This document shows positions 11,608 through 25,635 of a stretch of 64,000 nucleotides of DNA, in pieces. The position numbers and the translations under genes are program-made. Each line of letters opens with the position of its first letter. Position 1 is the first letter of the stretch. This DNA comes from Paraspadella gotoi. Lineage: Eukaryota > Animalia > Chaetognatha. The notes below the pieces were generated by a model. That model searched no databases, was not told the origin of the DNA, and worked only from the letters and a program-made list of their open reading frames with translations. The stretch covers positions 2,030,486 to 2,094,485 of the forward strand of contig CM119270.1 of assembly GCA_051294375.1 (NCBI GenBank). The letters are read 5' to 3'.

Positions 11608-14600
11608 GGTTGACTGGGAGTGAATAAATAAGACTGCTGAGAGAGTCTTGATTGAAGCTTGCAAATCCTGCTATGTATTATTCTGTGTAAGTGTGATGGA
11701 GGCCTTAAACACCAAAGCCTGTCAAAGTCAGGGACAAGGATAGCTTATTTATTAAATGAATGGATTAATTTTTATACTGCGTTGTTACCAATTTCTATAA
11801 ATATTTTTAGAATTTGTTAGTCGATTTGAAGAAAGAAAAAAAAAAAGGTTAGCATCATCTTTTGATTTGAGGTTTTTTCTCCTGTTCTTAACAAATGAGC
11901 AACCAACTATATGCAAGTTATGAGCATTTTTAAACGTAAGAGGACAGAATCGACGAAAGGACATACTGACGAACCGACGATACGAGCCGACCGACGGGAC
12001 CGACAGGAAAAGTGACTCATAGAATTGCCCCACGAGTATTAGCGGTGCAACTTAAAGCGGAAAAAATATAGAAATAAATAAAACCGGGAAATGAAATTGA
12101 CATTTGAAGTAGAAAGTCGAAGGCGCGAAGAAAAGTCTGACGGTTCGTAGTGTGCCCAGCTGTGCCGGTGGGGCTGTAGCGAGTCGGGTGTGTCAGGCTG
12201 GGGTTTGTTTGCACTGAGAGGCGCTAAGTCATGGTGCGCCAGGGTTGGAGGGAACCCGTTGGGGGATGATCACCGTCATGGGATGTGCCGATCAAGTGTG
12301 TCCATTCGTAGGTGTGCCTTTGTTGATTTGCTGCCAACGCCAAGTGTGCAACATTCGTTCCGTTCAGCGACGCGAAAGTTGAGACCCAAATTGATTGGTT
12401 TTTAATTCTTCGGATTTTTTTTTCCCGTTCGATTTTTTTTAGAGTGTCGAACGCGACGCGACAAAGATGACGACGAGGAAGACGATGACACTTAGAGAAG
12501 AATAGTGACAATTAAAAAGACGAGCAGAGATGAGACCAAAACAAAAGATGACGACGACGACGACGGACTATGATCAGATTTTGAGTATTTTTTTTTTTTT
12601 TAGTATTTAAGAAGCTTGAGAACCTTACTTCAATCCACCCCAATGGAAAGTATTTACATAGGTAAACAAGTTACAAATAGAATATTTTAAAGGTACAAAA
12701 TTTATGCCAGAAAAACCAGAAAAAAGGAAAAAAGGAAAACAGAAATCGAATTAAAAATTCCGCGAAAGTTAAAAACAAAATAAAAGGACAAAACTGATTT
12801 TCTTTTTTCTTAAACAAGAACGTAATTCAAATGTGTTTAGCGCCGGACATGACATGACATGATATATATGAAATATGATCTTGCCATGACTAAAAAAAAC
12901 TTTCTTAGCCCACGACTGCCCCGGAATTACGTTCTTTGTTTTTTTTAATTTTAGGATTTCCTGAAGGCGGCGCTACGTAGTCCCTTAATTTTTTCCCTCT
13001 TAACAATAGGTCATTTGAGCAACCAACTATAGTAGTAAGTTAACAATGGCGACCGGAAGCACGACCGAAGCGACGGCGACGACGATCCGACGAGTTACCT
13101 TGCGAACATCGCCGACCACCGAAGCCGACTACAATCGAGCCCGACGAATCGGTCACGACCGACACGGAAGATCGACCGACCGCCGACCCGCACGCACCGA
13201 TCCGCACGACCGACCGGACCGACCGACCGACCGACGACCGACGACCACCGACCGACGCGACCGACCGACCGACCGACCGACCGACACGAATTGATCCGCG
13301 AGTACTCCTCGGCGCAACTCAAACCAATCAAAGATTTTAAAAAAATCCTGTTTTGGGAAAATATGTTAAAACGATTTTGAGACTCGATAATTATTTATAA
13401 TTAAAAAACATCTTGCGGAGAGGGAAGCGAGACGAAGGACCGTGAGAAAATTGGCGAGTGATATAGGAATGATGTCTTAGAAAAGGTATATATTACTAGA
13501 ATATTATTAAGTCATTTAAATAGTTATTATAACACACATTTGATTAAATCAAAGTGAAACGTTATTATAAGAAACTAAACAAAATTGAAGATGGGGACCT
13601 CTTCTCTGTTTCTGGGTTTTATTCCTCTTGAATTATATTATTAATTTTCAAATTTTTCCTCTTGAATATAGAAAAATAAATATACTTATGTAAAATGATA
13701 TCTGTATAGAAATAAGTAGAGCAGAAATATAAGAAAAGTTTTATTAAAAAAAAAATATGGTTACTGCTTAATGTAAAGAGAAAATCTTCAGGAGATGAAG
13801 TTTCCCATTTGCTATGTCACCTCAATCAGGGGAGAGGAGAAAGTAAGAGAGAGAGGAAGAGAGACGAGAGGAGAGAGAGGAGAGAGATTAGAAGAGAGAG
13901 AGCGGATGGCCTCGTATTCGTTACCCCGTCAAACGTCCCTGTTTTGGGTCTGCTTATTCGAATAAGATTAAAGGTTTTTCGTCGTCTGTCGTCTTATTCT
14001 TTCGTCGCGCTTTTTTTCGTATGAGTTTGTGTCGTCGCGCGTCTTCTCTTCTACTCATCGTTGCGGTTTTTGACCTGCACACTCCCGTGTGATCGTCGTC
14101 TCGCGCTGTCTCGTCACTCGTCGCTTTCCTTCGTCATCTTCGATCGTTCGTGTCGTCTCGTCCCATCGTCGTCCTTTCGATGCTTGCTCGTACGTCGTGT
14201 CTGTCGTGACGTATCGTCTTCACTTCATCGTTTTGTTTCGTCGTTTTTGAACAGCCTTGCCCTCATCTCAACATCCCCGTCGTTCGCGTCGTCGTCTCGT
14301 CGACGTCGTCGTCTCTTTCAATCGGTCGTGCTTGTTTCCTCTTCGTCATCTTCGTCATCGTCCTCTTCGTTGTCGTCTTCCTCGGTCTTCCTCATCGTCG
14401 TCCTCTTCCCTGTATTCGTCAATTTGCTCTTCGTTATTCGTCTTCGTCGTTGTCGTCATCGTCATCTTCTTCCACCTCAATCAATCTTCACCTTTTATAG
14501 ACCAAAACGACGAAAAATTTTTGGAAAAATGAAAAATGAAAAAAACGGGAAGAACAAAAAATCTTCTTTTTCTCATCTTTCCTTTTTTCCCCTTTTTTTC

Positions 14601-14946
14601 CTTTCCTCCTTTCCTCCTTTTTCTTTCTTCCTTTTTCTATTTTCTTCCTTTTTTTCTTTTTTCCTTTCCCTTCTTTGTTCCTTTTTCTTTACCCCTCCTT
14701 TTCCTCCCTTTTTCCTCCTTTTTTCTTTTTTCTTTCCTCCTTTCTCCTTTTTTGACTGACCGGGCGAAGAATATTGTCCGGAAAAAAACTTACAAAAAAG
14801 GGACTGAAGACGAAAAAGTCGCCACGGTTAATTTGTTAAATGCAAATTAATTTGGGATAGTTGTATTAATTATATCGAAAACAATGTCACGATATGATTT
14901 GTGAAAATTTCTAGTATACCATTGCAATCGACTTTAATAATACATT
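11608..14946 (+). repeat. Indel-rich duplicate of 1-3190 (probable assembly artefact)
   Basis: Collinear with 1-3190 from GGTTGACTGGGAG to TTTAATAATACATT. Differences are mostly 1-bp indels, and it supplies sequence where copy 1 has Ns. Confidence 0.9.
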
Positions 14947-14962
14947 TGATGAGAGAAGAGAG

Positions 14963-15023
<61 letters not shown>

Positions 15024-16504
15024 AGAGCATGGAGAGTGTGGTGTGAGCTGTGTTATTAAAATTGAGAAAATTGAATATAAAACTAAAATTCTAAAAGAAC
15101 GTGAAATTAGTTTTTGCTAATTCGCATCATTTCACAAAATAATCAAATAATGGTACAGGCTTCTTTAATTGAAAAAAGTAAATTGATGATTGATTGATTG
15201 ATTGATTGATTGATTTATCGATCGATTTAATGATTGATTAAATGAATGTTTTCGACTCCAATAAATGTTTAATCTTTAATGTTTAATCTCTTGATGAGTG
15301 CACAAACATAAAAAAATAAATCAACCAAGAACGCATGAGAATATTAACTTACTAGTTACTACAACAATAATTATCATTCTTATCATTTTTATCACTATTA
15401 TCACAACAATTACAGGGATATCACCGAAGGTAATGACAACACAAAACAGCTGCAATCGAAAACAAAATCTAATTTTGGTTGAGTTTTTTTCCTCTTTTCT
15501 CGTAGCTTTTAACAATTTCTTTCTTTTTTTTTCTCTTTCATTTTTAATCCGATTATTTCCTCTTCTTGGGATTATTTTACCAAAAACCTTTTTCCCTTTT
15601 TTCGTCACGGCTTGCCGGTTTTCCGTCAGTCTGTCTGTTCATCCATGGCCATTATGTTTAATGAGGTAAGATTATAAAGTAAAATTCGTTACGAAAAAAA
15701 GCACTGTGGTCAATATCGCGCTTTTTTGGACGATCCAATGAGAAACTAGAAAGAATAATCTTTGATTCTTCGCGTATCCAATCAGAAAGAAGCGTAGAGG
15801 AGGAGGAAGAGGAGGAGGAGGAGAAGGAGGAAGAAGAGGAAGATAAAAACGAGGAGACTGAGTTAAAAAGTTAAAAAGTTATTGAAGAGAAATTGAAATT
15901 AAATTGTTTGCTAACAACAGGTTTTTATTCAAAATTAAACGGATATGTTTAGACTGTTAACACAAGGTTCAAAAGTTAAAAAAAGCATAAAATAAACAAA
16001 TAATAGATAAGAAAGTCAAGAAAGGAATTAAGTGTTGAAAAAGGAAACTGTAAGTTGCAACTGTTCAGTGCAAAAACCTTTTTTTGGGGGAGTGGGTTGC
16101 TCGATTTTTATTTAATAAAGAATGAGGCTTTGTTTTTCTTTGTTTAGCGATATTTATTTATAAAAAAACCTTTATTATCCTATGATATCGTATCCCATTC
16201 TAACCTCTCTAGCCATTTAGCCGGGGAAATGTTAATTATCAAATAATTGAGATTCATACAAAATATAAAAATGTCAATTATTTATACTTTTTTATCTACT
16301 AGAAGTTGTTGACAAAAAACGACCTAAAAAGTAATTTCTTTAAATAAAAAAAGTATATAATAAATTAATCATAAACTTTGTTTGACGTTATACTTCTCTA
16401 CTTATTTATAACTTCAAATATTTTTCCCTCGCAAGATGGAATTTCCCATTGCGCTGACCGTAACTTGATTCCTCTCTCCTTTCTGCACAAAAAAGACCAC
16501 AATG

Positions 16505-17620
16505 TTTACTTTCTTTTTTCTTTTCTCTTCTTTNNNNNNNNNNNNNNNNNNNNNNNNNTTTTTTCCCCTCTTTTCTTTTCTTTTCTTCTTTTCTTTTCTT
16601 TTCTTTTTATTTTCTTTCATTTTCTTTTTCTTTTTCTCTTCTCTTTATTTTCTTTTATTTCTTTTTTTCTTTTCTCTTTTCTTCTTTCTTTTCATTTTCT
16701 TTCTTTTCTTTTTTCTTTTCTTTTTTTTTTTTTCTCTTTTCTTTTCTTTTCTTTTCTTGTTCTTTCTTTTCTTTTCTTTTATTTCTTTTCTTTTCTTTTC
16801 TTTTCTTTCTTTTCTTTTCTTTCTTTTTTTTCTCTTTTCTTTTCTTTCTTTCTTTTCTTTTCTTCGTTTCTTGTCTTTTCTTTTCTTTTCTTTTGCTTTT
16901 CGTTCTTTTCTTTTCTTTTCTTCTCTTTCTTTGCTTTTCTTTCTTTTCTTTTCTTTCTTTTCTTTTCTTTCTTTTTCTTTTCGTTATCTTTTCTTTTCTT
17001 TCTTTTCTTTCGTTTTGTTTCTTTTCGTTTCTTTCTTTCTTTTCTTTCTTCTTCTTCTTGCTTTCTTTCTTTCTTTTTCTTTCTTTCTTTCCTTTTCTTT
17101 GCTTTTCTTTTTCTTCTTTTCTTTTCTTTCTTTCTTTTCTTTCTTTGCCATTTCTTTTCTTTTTCTTTTCTTTTCCTTTTCTTTCTTTGCTTTTCCTTTT
17201 CTTTCTTTTTTTCTTTTGTCTTTTCCTTTCTTTGCTTTCTTTTTCTTTTCTTTCTTTTCTTTTCTTTGCTTTTCTTTTTTTCTTTTCTTTTCTTTTTTCT
17301 CAATCTATCTTCCTTTTTCATTTTACTTTCCTTCTTTTTCTTTCTTTTCTCTTTTATCTACTTCTCTATATTCACCAACCATTGTCTCATTTCCTCCTTC
17401 ATTCTTTTTTTTCTTCTTTTCTTCTTTTCTTTTCTTTCTTTTCTTTTCTTTTCCTATCTTTTCTCTCCTCTTTATCACCAGTCATTTGTCTTATTTCCTC
17501 CTCATTCTCTTTTGTTGTCTTTCTTTTCTTTTCTTTTTCTTTTTCTTTTCTTCCTTTCTTTCTTATCTTTTCTTTCTTTTCTTCACTTTCTCTCCTCTCT
17601 ATTCCCACCATCCAGTCTAT
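16505..17620. repeat. (TTTTC)n/(TTTC)n polypyrimidine tract
   Basis: More than 1 kb of low-complexity T/C sequence; source of the 445/433/296-aa pseudo-ORFs. Confidence 0.95.
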
Positions 17621-18275
17621 TTCCTTCTTTTCATCTTCCCCTCAATCATTTTCCTCTTCGATTCTCTTCCGTTCTTTTCATATTATTCTTTTCTGTCGGA
17701 ATTTCTTGGCATTGAGATTTATATCACAGATCCTTTTGTCTTTGATATTATATGGACTAAGTTTCTATCTATTATCTTCCTGAAATTGGTACAACCGTAT
17801 TAAGTTATCCATTCGGCTACAATAATATTTCTATCATCTCTCTCTGTTCTTTTCTTTTCTTTTCTTTTCTTTTCTTTTCCTATCTTTTCTCTCCTCTTTA
17901 TTCACCAGTCATTGTCTTATTTCCTCCTTCATTCTCTTTTGTTTTTTTTGTTTTTCTTTCTTTTCTTTTCTTTTCTTTTCTTTTCTTTCCTTTTCTTTTC
18001 TTATCTTTTTTTCTTTTCTTCACTTTTCTCTCCTCTCTATTCACCAGCCATTGTCTCATTTCCTCTTTTCTCTTCCCCTCAATCATTTTATTTCCTCTTC
18101 GATTCTCTTCCGTTTCTTTTCATATTATTTTTTCTGACGGAATTTCTTTGCATTGAGATTTTATCACAGATCCTTTTGTCTTTGATATATATGGACTAAG
18201 TATTCTATCTATTATCTTTCCTGAAATTGGTACAACCGATATTAAGTTATCCATTCGTACAATAAATATTCTATC
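17430..18275 (+). repeat. ~440-bp tandem duplication
   Basis: TCACCAGTCATT...CGATTCTCTTCCGTT...ATCACAGATCCTTTTGTCTTTGATAT...GAAATTGGTACAACC occurs at ~17430-17836 and ~17860-18275. Confidence 0.85.
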
Positions 18276-18420
18276 TTGCCTTTCAACTTTGGACAGGCTA
18301 TGATGGGTTGAGTCCTCATTACTTTTTACAAGATTTCAAGCTTCAGATTTCAAACTTTCAATCGTAACTCTCTCAAAGACTAATTCATTAACTCTCAGAG
18401 CACCTGGAATCCCTATCAAT
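18222..18420 (-). mobile_element. Family A copy
   Basis: TGAAATTGGTACAACC...CTTTGGACAGGCT...CAAACTTTCAATC...CCCTATC is collinear with the reverse complement of 1-190. Confidence 0.65.
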
Positions 18421-19359
18421 AAATAAATAAATATTTTACCTCAAATTTTCCCTCTTATTTTACTCATTCGTTATTTCGACTCTCCTGTTGGCCTATATGA
18501 AATTGGTAAAACCAATAAAAAAATTATCTATTCATTTAATAATAAGCTATCTTGCCCCTGACTTTTTTCTCCTGATTTTCTTCTGATTTTCATCAATTTA
18601 ATTTAATCTCTCTCTCNNNNNNNNNNNNNNNNNNNNNNNNNNNNNNNNNNNNNNNNNNNNNNNNNNNNNNNNNNNNNNNNNNNNNNNNNNNNNNNNNNNN
18701 NNNNNNNNNNNNNNNNNNNNNNNNNNNNNNNNNNNNNNNNNNNNNNNNNNNNNNNNNNNNNNNNNNNNNNNNNNNNNNNNNNNNNNNNNNNNNNNNNNNN
18801 NNNNNNNNNNNNNNNNNNNNNNNNNNNNNNNNNNNNNNNNNNNNNNNNNNNNNNNNNNNNNNNNNNNNNNNNNNNNNNNNNNNNNNNNNNNNNNNNNNNN
18901 NNNNNNNNNNNNNNNNNNNNNNNNNNNNNNNNNNNNNNNNNNNNNNNNNNNNNNNNNNNNNNNNNNNNNNNNNNNNNNNNNNNNNNNNNNNNNNNNNNNN
19001 NNNNNNNNNNNNNNNNNNNNNNNNNNNNNNNNNNNNNNNNNNNNNNNNNNNNNNNNNNNNNNNNNNNNNNNNNNNNNNNNNNNNNNNNNNNNNNNNNNNN
19101 NNNNNNNNNNNNNNNNNNNNNNNNNNNNNNNNNNNNNNNNNNNNNNNNNNNNNNNNNNNNNNNNNNNNNNNNNNNNNNNNNNNNNNNNNNNNNNNNNNNN
19201 NNNNNTTACCTCAACTTAACTCAGCCAACCAAAACCAACGTCAGGCTTTCTGTCAATGGTAAGGCGCGCTGATTTGGTGAAAACTTACCTTTTTCACGAC
19301 GGGAAAAACTAAACTAACTTAAAAAAAGGTCATGCATATTATCTTTACGTCGTTCCAAT

Positions 19360-19398
<39 letters not shown>

Positions 19399-22200
19399 TT
19401 ATCATCATCGTAAAACTTGAAAGTTTATGAAGATTAAAGTTTGAAGATTCTTGATTTTCTTGAAATTCATGTCGAAGGGACTCATTATATACATAAATGT
19501 GTTTTATTTCTTAACAACAAATTGAATGTTTCACAATTCAAAACAGTGCAAATAATTAATTAACAGAACAGAGGAAAAAAGCAGCAGACGAAATTATCAG
19601 AATATTGTTTCTATTTCTATGATGGAAGAAAGCAAATAATTAAAATTCCGCGATCTACTATAAATTGTTTTGTAAATGTCATTGTATCGTCTATTCAAAG
19701 TCTGGAAAGAGATAACTCATTTATTAAATGAAGAGTTAATGTTTATATTGGTTGTACCAACTTTCGTTTAGCTTTTTCCTTTGAAACTGCTTTGAAGCTC
19801 TTGACCAACAAGCCACCACGAGCAGCCACAAGCGACCACAAGCCGCCACTCCCCCCCACACCCACTTTCCCAACTCACCCGACGTCGGCCTTCCGCCGTC
19901 GACCTTACCCAAACTTTCTTTGCCCATTTTAACTCTTTCGTCAGTGGCTCCGACTTTTGGGTTAATGACGAAGAAACTCTTAAAGNNNNNNNNNNNNNNN
20001 NNNNNNNNNNNNNNNNNNNNNNNNNNNNNNNNNNNNNNNNNNNNNNNNNNNNNNNNNNNNNNNNNNNNNNNNNNNNNNNNNNNNNNNNNNNNNNNNNNNN
20101 NNNNNNNNNNNNNNNNNNNNNNNNNNNNNNNNNNNNNNNNNNNNNTAGGGTGAGAGAGAAGGACAGAGAGAGAGATAGAGGGTAACTTTATTTATTTTTA
20201 ACCCATTTTTTAGACGCTTAAAAAGGTTTGTATCAAAACAAAATTAATTATAATAAGAAACATACACGTTCAAACAAATACCGCAAAAGCACGATATTGT
20301 CAACTAATTTAGTTTTTCTTTCATCTTTCTTTTTTGCCATCAACTCTACCAGGTAAGAAATGGTGTGAAATTGGTTTTCTATGTGAAATATTTCTTTTTT
20401 TTTCTTTTTTACTCTTCACCACCTCTGTAGTCACATTCATTCTCCGGGCACTCTCTCTCTCTCTCNNNNNNNNNNNNNNNNNNNNNNNNNNNNNNNNNNN
20501 NNNNNNNNNNNNNNNNNNNNNNNNNNNNNNNNNNNNNNNNNNNNNNNNNNNNNNNNNNNNNNNNNNNNNNNNNNNNNNNNNNNNNNNNNNNNNNNNNNNN
20601 NNNNNNNNNNNNNNNNNNNNNNNNNNNNNNNNNNNNNNNNNNNNNNNNNNNNNNNNNNNNNNNNNNNNNNNNNNNNNNNNNNNNNNNNNNNNNNNNNNNN
20701 NNNNNNNNNNNNNNNNNNNNNNNNNNNNNNNNNNNNNNNNNNNNNNNNNNNNNNNNNNNNNNNNNNNNNTCTAAAATTTAAATAAAATCGTACGCAACGA
20801 ATTCGTTTTTAATACGATTATTTATATTAAGAGAAAGAATATTGATTAAAAACTAATAAACTGTTTTAATTCGCGCGAAATCAAATTGAATGAAAAGATT
20901 AACTCAATTAATCCACCAAATAAACCACGAATTATTTTTTAGAGTCTGCGTCCTGAATTTATTTCCCTCATTCTGTCTTTTCCCAAAATAGTAGGCAGCT
21001 TTCTCGAAAAGAAAGANNNNNNNNNNNNNNNNNNNNNNNNNNNNNNNNNNNNNNNNNNNNNNNNNNNNNNNNNNNNNNNNNNNNNNNNNNNNNNNNNNNN
21101 NNNNNNNNNNNNNNNNNNNNNNNNNNNNNNNNNNNNNNNNNNNNNNNNNNNNNNNNNNNNNNNNNNNNNNNNNNNNNNNNNNNNNNNNNNNNNNGAGAGA
21201 GAGAGAGACGAAATAATGAATATTTTATTTTGTTGTCATCTTCCGCCAAGGCGGCCCCGATCTCTCATTAAAAATTCTTCTTCGCCTCCAAAACCAAATT
21301 ATGGTGACGAATATTTTTTTGTTGTTGAGAATCGCGTGAGTCCGAGATTCATGATTTCCCTTTTAATTCATTTTGACAGTTGTTGTTTTTCGGTTGTCTT
21401 ATTTTCACAATCGAAGCTTTATATTTTTTATTGCAATAAATTAATAAATTAAATAAATTAACCAAATAAATAAAGCGAAAAAGAAGACAGCTTATACAAT
21501 TTAGGAACACTTTCGCCTAATTAATGGACAAATTGGACATGTCATTTTTATCTTTTAAACAATGATCTCCGTTAATTTAACCTTTCCNNNNNNNNNNNNN
21601 NNNNNNNNNNNNNNNNNNNNNNNNNNNNNNNNNNNNNNNNNNNNNNNNNNNNNNNNNNNNNNNNNNNNNNNNNNNNNNNNNNNNNNNNNNNNNNNNNNNN
21701 NNNNNNNNNNNNNNNNNNNNNNNNNNNNNNNNNNNNNNNNNNNNNNNNNNNNNNNNNNNNNNNNNNNNNNNNNNNNNNNNNNNNNNNNNNNNNNNNNNNN
21801 NNNNNNNNNNNNNNNNNNNNNNNNNNNNNNNTTCGTCGGGCAAAAATTAACTTTGGCCTCAGAATTCGCTAACCTTCTTCCGTTTTTTTAATTTCAGGTT
21901 TAAAAATAGAGTAACGAAGTTTTTTTTTTTTTTTTGCGCGGGAAAATTCAATTCGACATAAAAAAAAGGCTAATGATCTCGGCGGAAGTCTAAACGCTTT
22001 TCTAATTTCTCATTTTTTAAAACTAAAATTTAACTGATTATTTTTAATCCAAAGATCGAGTTTAGAGTGATAGAGGGACAGTTCAAAGTGATAAAAAAAG
22101 TTTCATGAAATTAATTGATTCAATATTAAAATTATGCATTGATTTAATTAATAAGCTATCCTGCACCGGATATGATCATCATCATCATCATTATATCATG

Positions 22201-22268
<68 letters not shown>

Positions 22269-22805
22269 ACATCTTCTTCTTCTTCTTCTTCCACCAAATT
22301 ACGTCAATTTGATTCGATGATAAAGTCGTCGATGTCATCCTTGACACCAAATTCTTTCATCGTCGTCGTCATCCCTAAAAANNNNNNNNNNNNNNNNNNN
22401 NNNNNNNNNNNNNNNNNNNNNNNNNNNNNNNNNNNNNNNNNNNNNNNNNNNNNNNNNNNNNNNNNNNNNNNNNNNNNNNNNNNNNNNNNNNNNNNNNNNN
22501 NNNNNNNNNNNNNNNNNNNNNNNNNNNNNNNNNNNNNNNNNNNNNNNNNNNNNNNNNNNNNNNNNNNNNNNNNNNNNNNNNNNNNNNNNNNNNNNNNNNN
22601 NNNNNNNNNNNNNNNNNNNNNNNNNNNNNNNNNNNNNNNNNNNNNNNNNNNNNNNNNNNNNNNNNNNNNNNNNNNNNNNNNNNNNNNNNNNNNNNNNNNN
22701 NNCGTTTTTTTTTCGCGGTCTCCCCTCGGCCCCTCGGCTTCGGCGACGGAACCGAATGGGCTTAAGAAGCCTGGGAAAGCGTGGGAAGCATTAATGCTGA
22801 ATGGG

Positions 22806-22975
22806 ACGAAGATGATGACAATGACGAAGATGATGATGACAATGACGAAGATGATGACAATGACGAAGATGATGACAATGACGAAGATGATGATGACAAT
22901 GACGAAGATGATGACAATGACGAAGATGATGACGATGACGAAGATGATGACAATGACGATGATGATGACAATGAT
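22806..22975. repeat. 18/21-bp minisatellite GACGAAGATGAT(GAT)GACAAT
   Basis: Near-perfect tandem copies built from GAN triplets. Confidence 0.9.
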
Positions 22976-24025
22976 AAAGAAAAATACAGGGTATGACAAA
23001 TAAAAAATAGATTAATGCTAAGTGACAAAACAAAAAAAGAGTAATAATAAAATTAAAAAAATATCTTAATAATAAATTATAAAATAGGAAATTAGGTAAC
23101 GATGAATGACAAAATAGATAATTAAAAATGATAATGATAAACAATGACGACTGGGAAAAAAAAAACGACGACAGAGACAAAGACAAAGAGGATTTATATA
23201 TTCGAATTTAGAGAGATAGAACCTGATCAATATGAGCATAATGACAATGATAAAGACGATGACGATGAGAAATAAGATGATGACGACGACGACGACGACG
23301 ACGATGACGACGACGAAGACACAAGCCACAATTGGATTTCTCTGATGTTGACGACAAAGAAATTATGGTGAGAGAGAAGACATCAAACACATAAATGAGA
23401 GGCAGGTGACGAGAAAGGAGGAGGAGGCAAAATGGATGATGACGACGATGACGACGATGACAACAACGACGATGACGATGATGACGACGACGATGACGAC
23501 GAGAATGACAACAACAACGACGGTCTTGGCTTCAGGTGTCTCACCGGAAAATCATATTGTGAAGTTGTCAATATTGTGATATTATAATCGCTCTTATTTC
23601 TTGTCCTTCACAATTTAACAACCGTTCACTAATATTCACGTAATATCAAACAAAATATATAGTTTTAACTAAATATAAAAGCTTGTTTAGTAATACCGTA
23701 ATGATAAACTATTTCTGAGATTAATTTTTTTTGGAAGTAGTTCAAACTCGATATATTATATTTCTTGTGTAATATATAATTTAAGAGCAAAGGTTACTAA
23801 CTAAACAAATATAAACCCGACCCTTAAGATTGAGTGCAAAAAAATCTATACGTTTGGCTGCGAAAAAAGAAAGAGAAAGTAAAAAAAAGGCGATGTATAC
23901 AAAATCTAATTTCATATGTATACATAAAAGAAGCGACAAGAGAAAAATAAAAAAAGTAATTTTCTCCGTCGTGGCGAGGTTTCCACGTGGCAAATAAGGC
24001 GAGAGAAAATCGCTCAAACGGAAGT

Positions 24026-24155
<130 letters not shown>

Positions 24156-24455
24156 AAATCCAAGTAGTCAGCCATTGTCTATCCCCACGTTCTTTCAGTC
24201 TTAAATGACGTTTCTTGATGGGCAGGCTTTTCTAATTTTAGCCAGGCGTTAGCGCCTGATACCAGGCCCCGGCTGCATCCGAGTAACTAACCAAGAGCAA
24301 AGAATAGAACCCCTTTTTTTAAGTCTATTTTTTATTTATTTATATTTGTTTTTAATAGGATAAAATATTGTTGCCTAAAAAAAGCTTTGTTTCAAGACTT
24401 TTAAAAACATTTTCTTAATTTTAGTTACTTTAGTTTTTTTTTTTAGTTAAATTCT

Positions 24456-24658
24456 CATGAAATTGGTACAACCGATATAAAAATTATCCATTCATTGTAA
24501 ACATAAGCTTTCTTGCTTCTGACTAAGGAAAAGCGAGATTGGGTTAAGTCCTTCATCCTTAATACAAGATAATAACATAGCAGGACTCTGCAAACTTTCA
24601 CCCAAGACTCTCGCACAGTCTCGTTTATTCACTCCCAGATTATCTGGCTTTCCTATCA
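24456..24658 (-). mobile_element. Family A copy
   Basis: ATGAAATTGGTACAACC...TACAAGATAATAACATAGCAGGA...CAAGACTCTC.CACAGTCT..TTTATTCACTCCCAG is the reverse complement of 1-190. Confidence 0.75.
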
Positions 24659-25459
24659 AAATCACAGGAAATAAACAATGTATCGGAAAAGTATTCTGAA
24701 TATCTGATCGCTTTCTACTTTTCTTCCGAGTGCAACGTTTGTCATTGCGTATTCAAGACAACAACTCAGCTGCTTTGCGCCTTCGTCGTCAGTTTCTGGC
24801 TCAAAAAAAAAAGCAGACGCGCGTTTCCATGGGAAAAAAAAGCGTTTTAGTGTCTCATTTGATGGACTTAAGAGTCTGTGGTTCAGCCAGAGGGAAAAAA
24901 AACTTAATGAAAAAGATTTTCACCCGTGAACCGTCACGGGGCAACGTGGTGAACGTGATGTGAAATAAAATAAAGCGTCGCTAAATAAAAAGACATTTTT
25001 AAAAGTGATGAATACCGAATGAAAATGAAAATTATGAGAAAATTTTAGCTCCTTTTTATTTAATAAAAAAACAATTTTAGTAATTTAACTTTGTATCATT
25101 GTAGAAATTTAGAAAATATCGTGAAATTTCGCCAAAGATTATTCTACTCCCTTTTAATCTACTGATTTTATTACATCTAACGAAAAATATTGATATTTTT
25201 GTTCAAAAAATCCGGTTGCGACTCATAAAAACAAATGTGATGTTCTTTTGTTACTAAATTTTTTTAAGCAACATCTGTCCGTCTTTTTTTGAAAAATAAT
25301 CGTAGAAAGAATCACTTTAGATGACAGATATTTCTTTTTTATTACATGATGTTTTCGTACAGACGGACAATTATACCGTCCATTTAACGACGTTCTGTTA
25401 TATCATCTGCCATCTCCCAACATCTCCGTCTCGCTTTCTCCCATCTCCTCCCCATCTAT

Positions 25460-25635
25460 TCTTCATCACTTCTCTATCTATTCTCCATCACTTCTCCATC
25501 ACTTCTCCGTCACTTCTCCATCACTTCTCCATCACTTCTCCATCTATTCTCTATCTCCTCCCCATCTATTCTCCATCACTACTCCATCACTTCTCCATCA
25601 TTTCTCCATCACTTCTCCATCTCTTCTCCATCTCT
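25460..25635. repeat. 11-bp minisatellite TCACTTCTCCA
   Basis: Directly visible tandem copies with variants. Confidence 0.85.

Noticed and set aside
16378-17803. 445/433/296-aa Phe/Leu/Ser-rich ORFs
   Set aside because: Translations of a (TTTTC)n tract that stays open in several frames because it lacks stop codons.
22105-23003. Poly-His, poly-Met and D/N/E-rich ORFs (also 2428-2774, 32777-33363)
   Set aside because: CAT/GAC triplet microsatellites that are pervasive in this genome; no splice or codon evidence.
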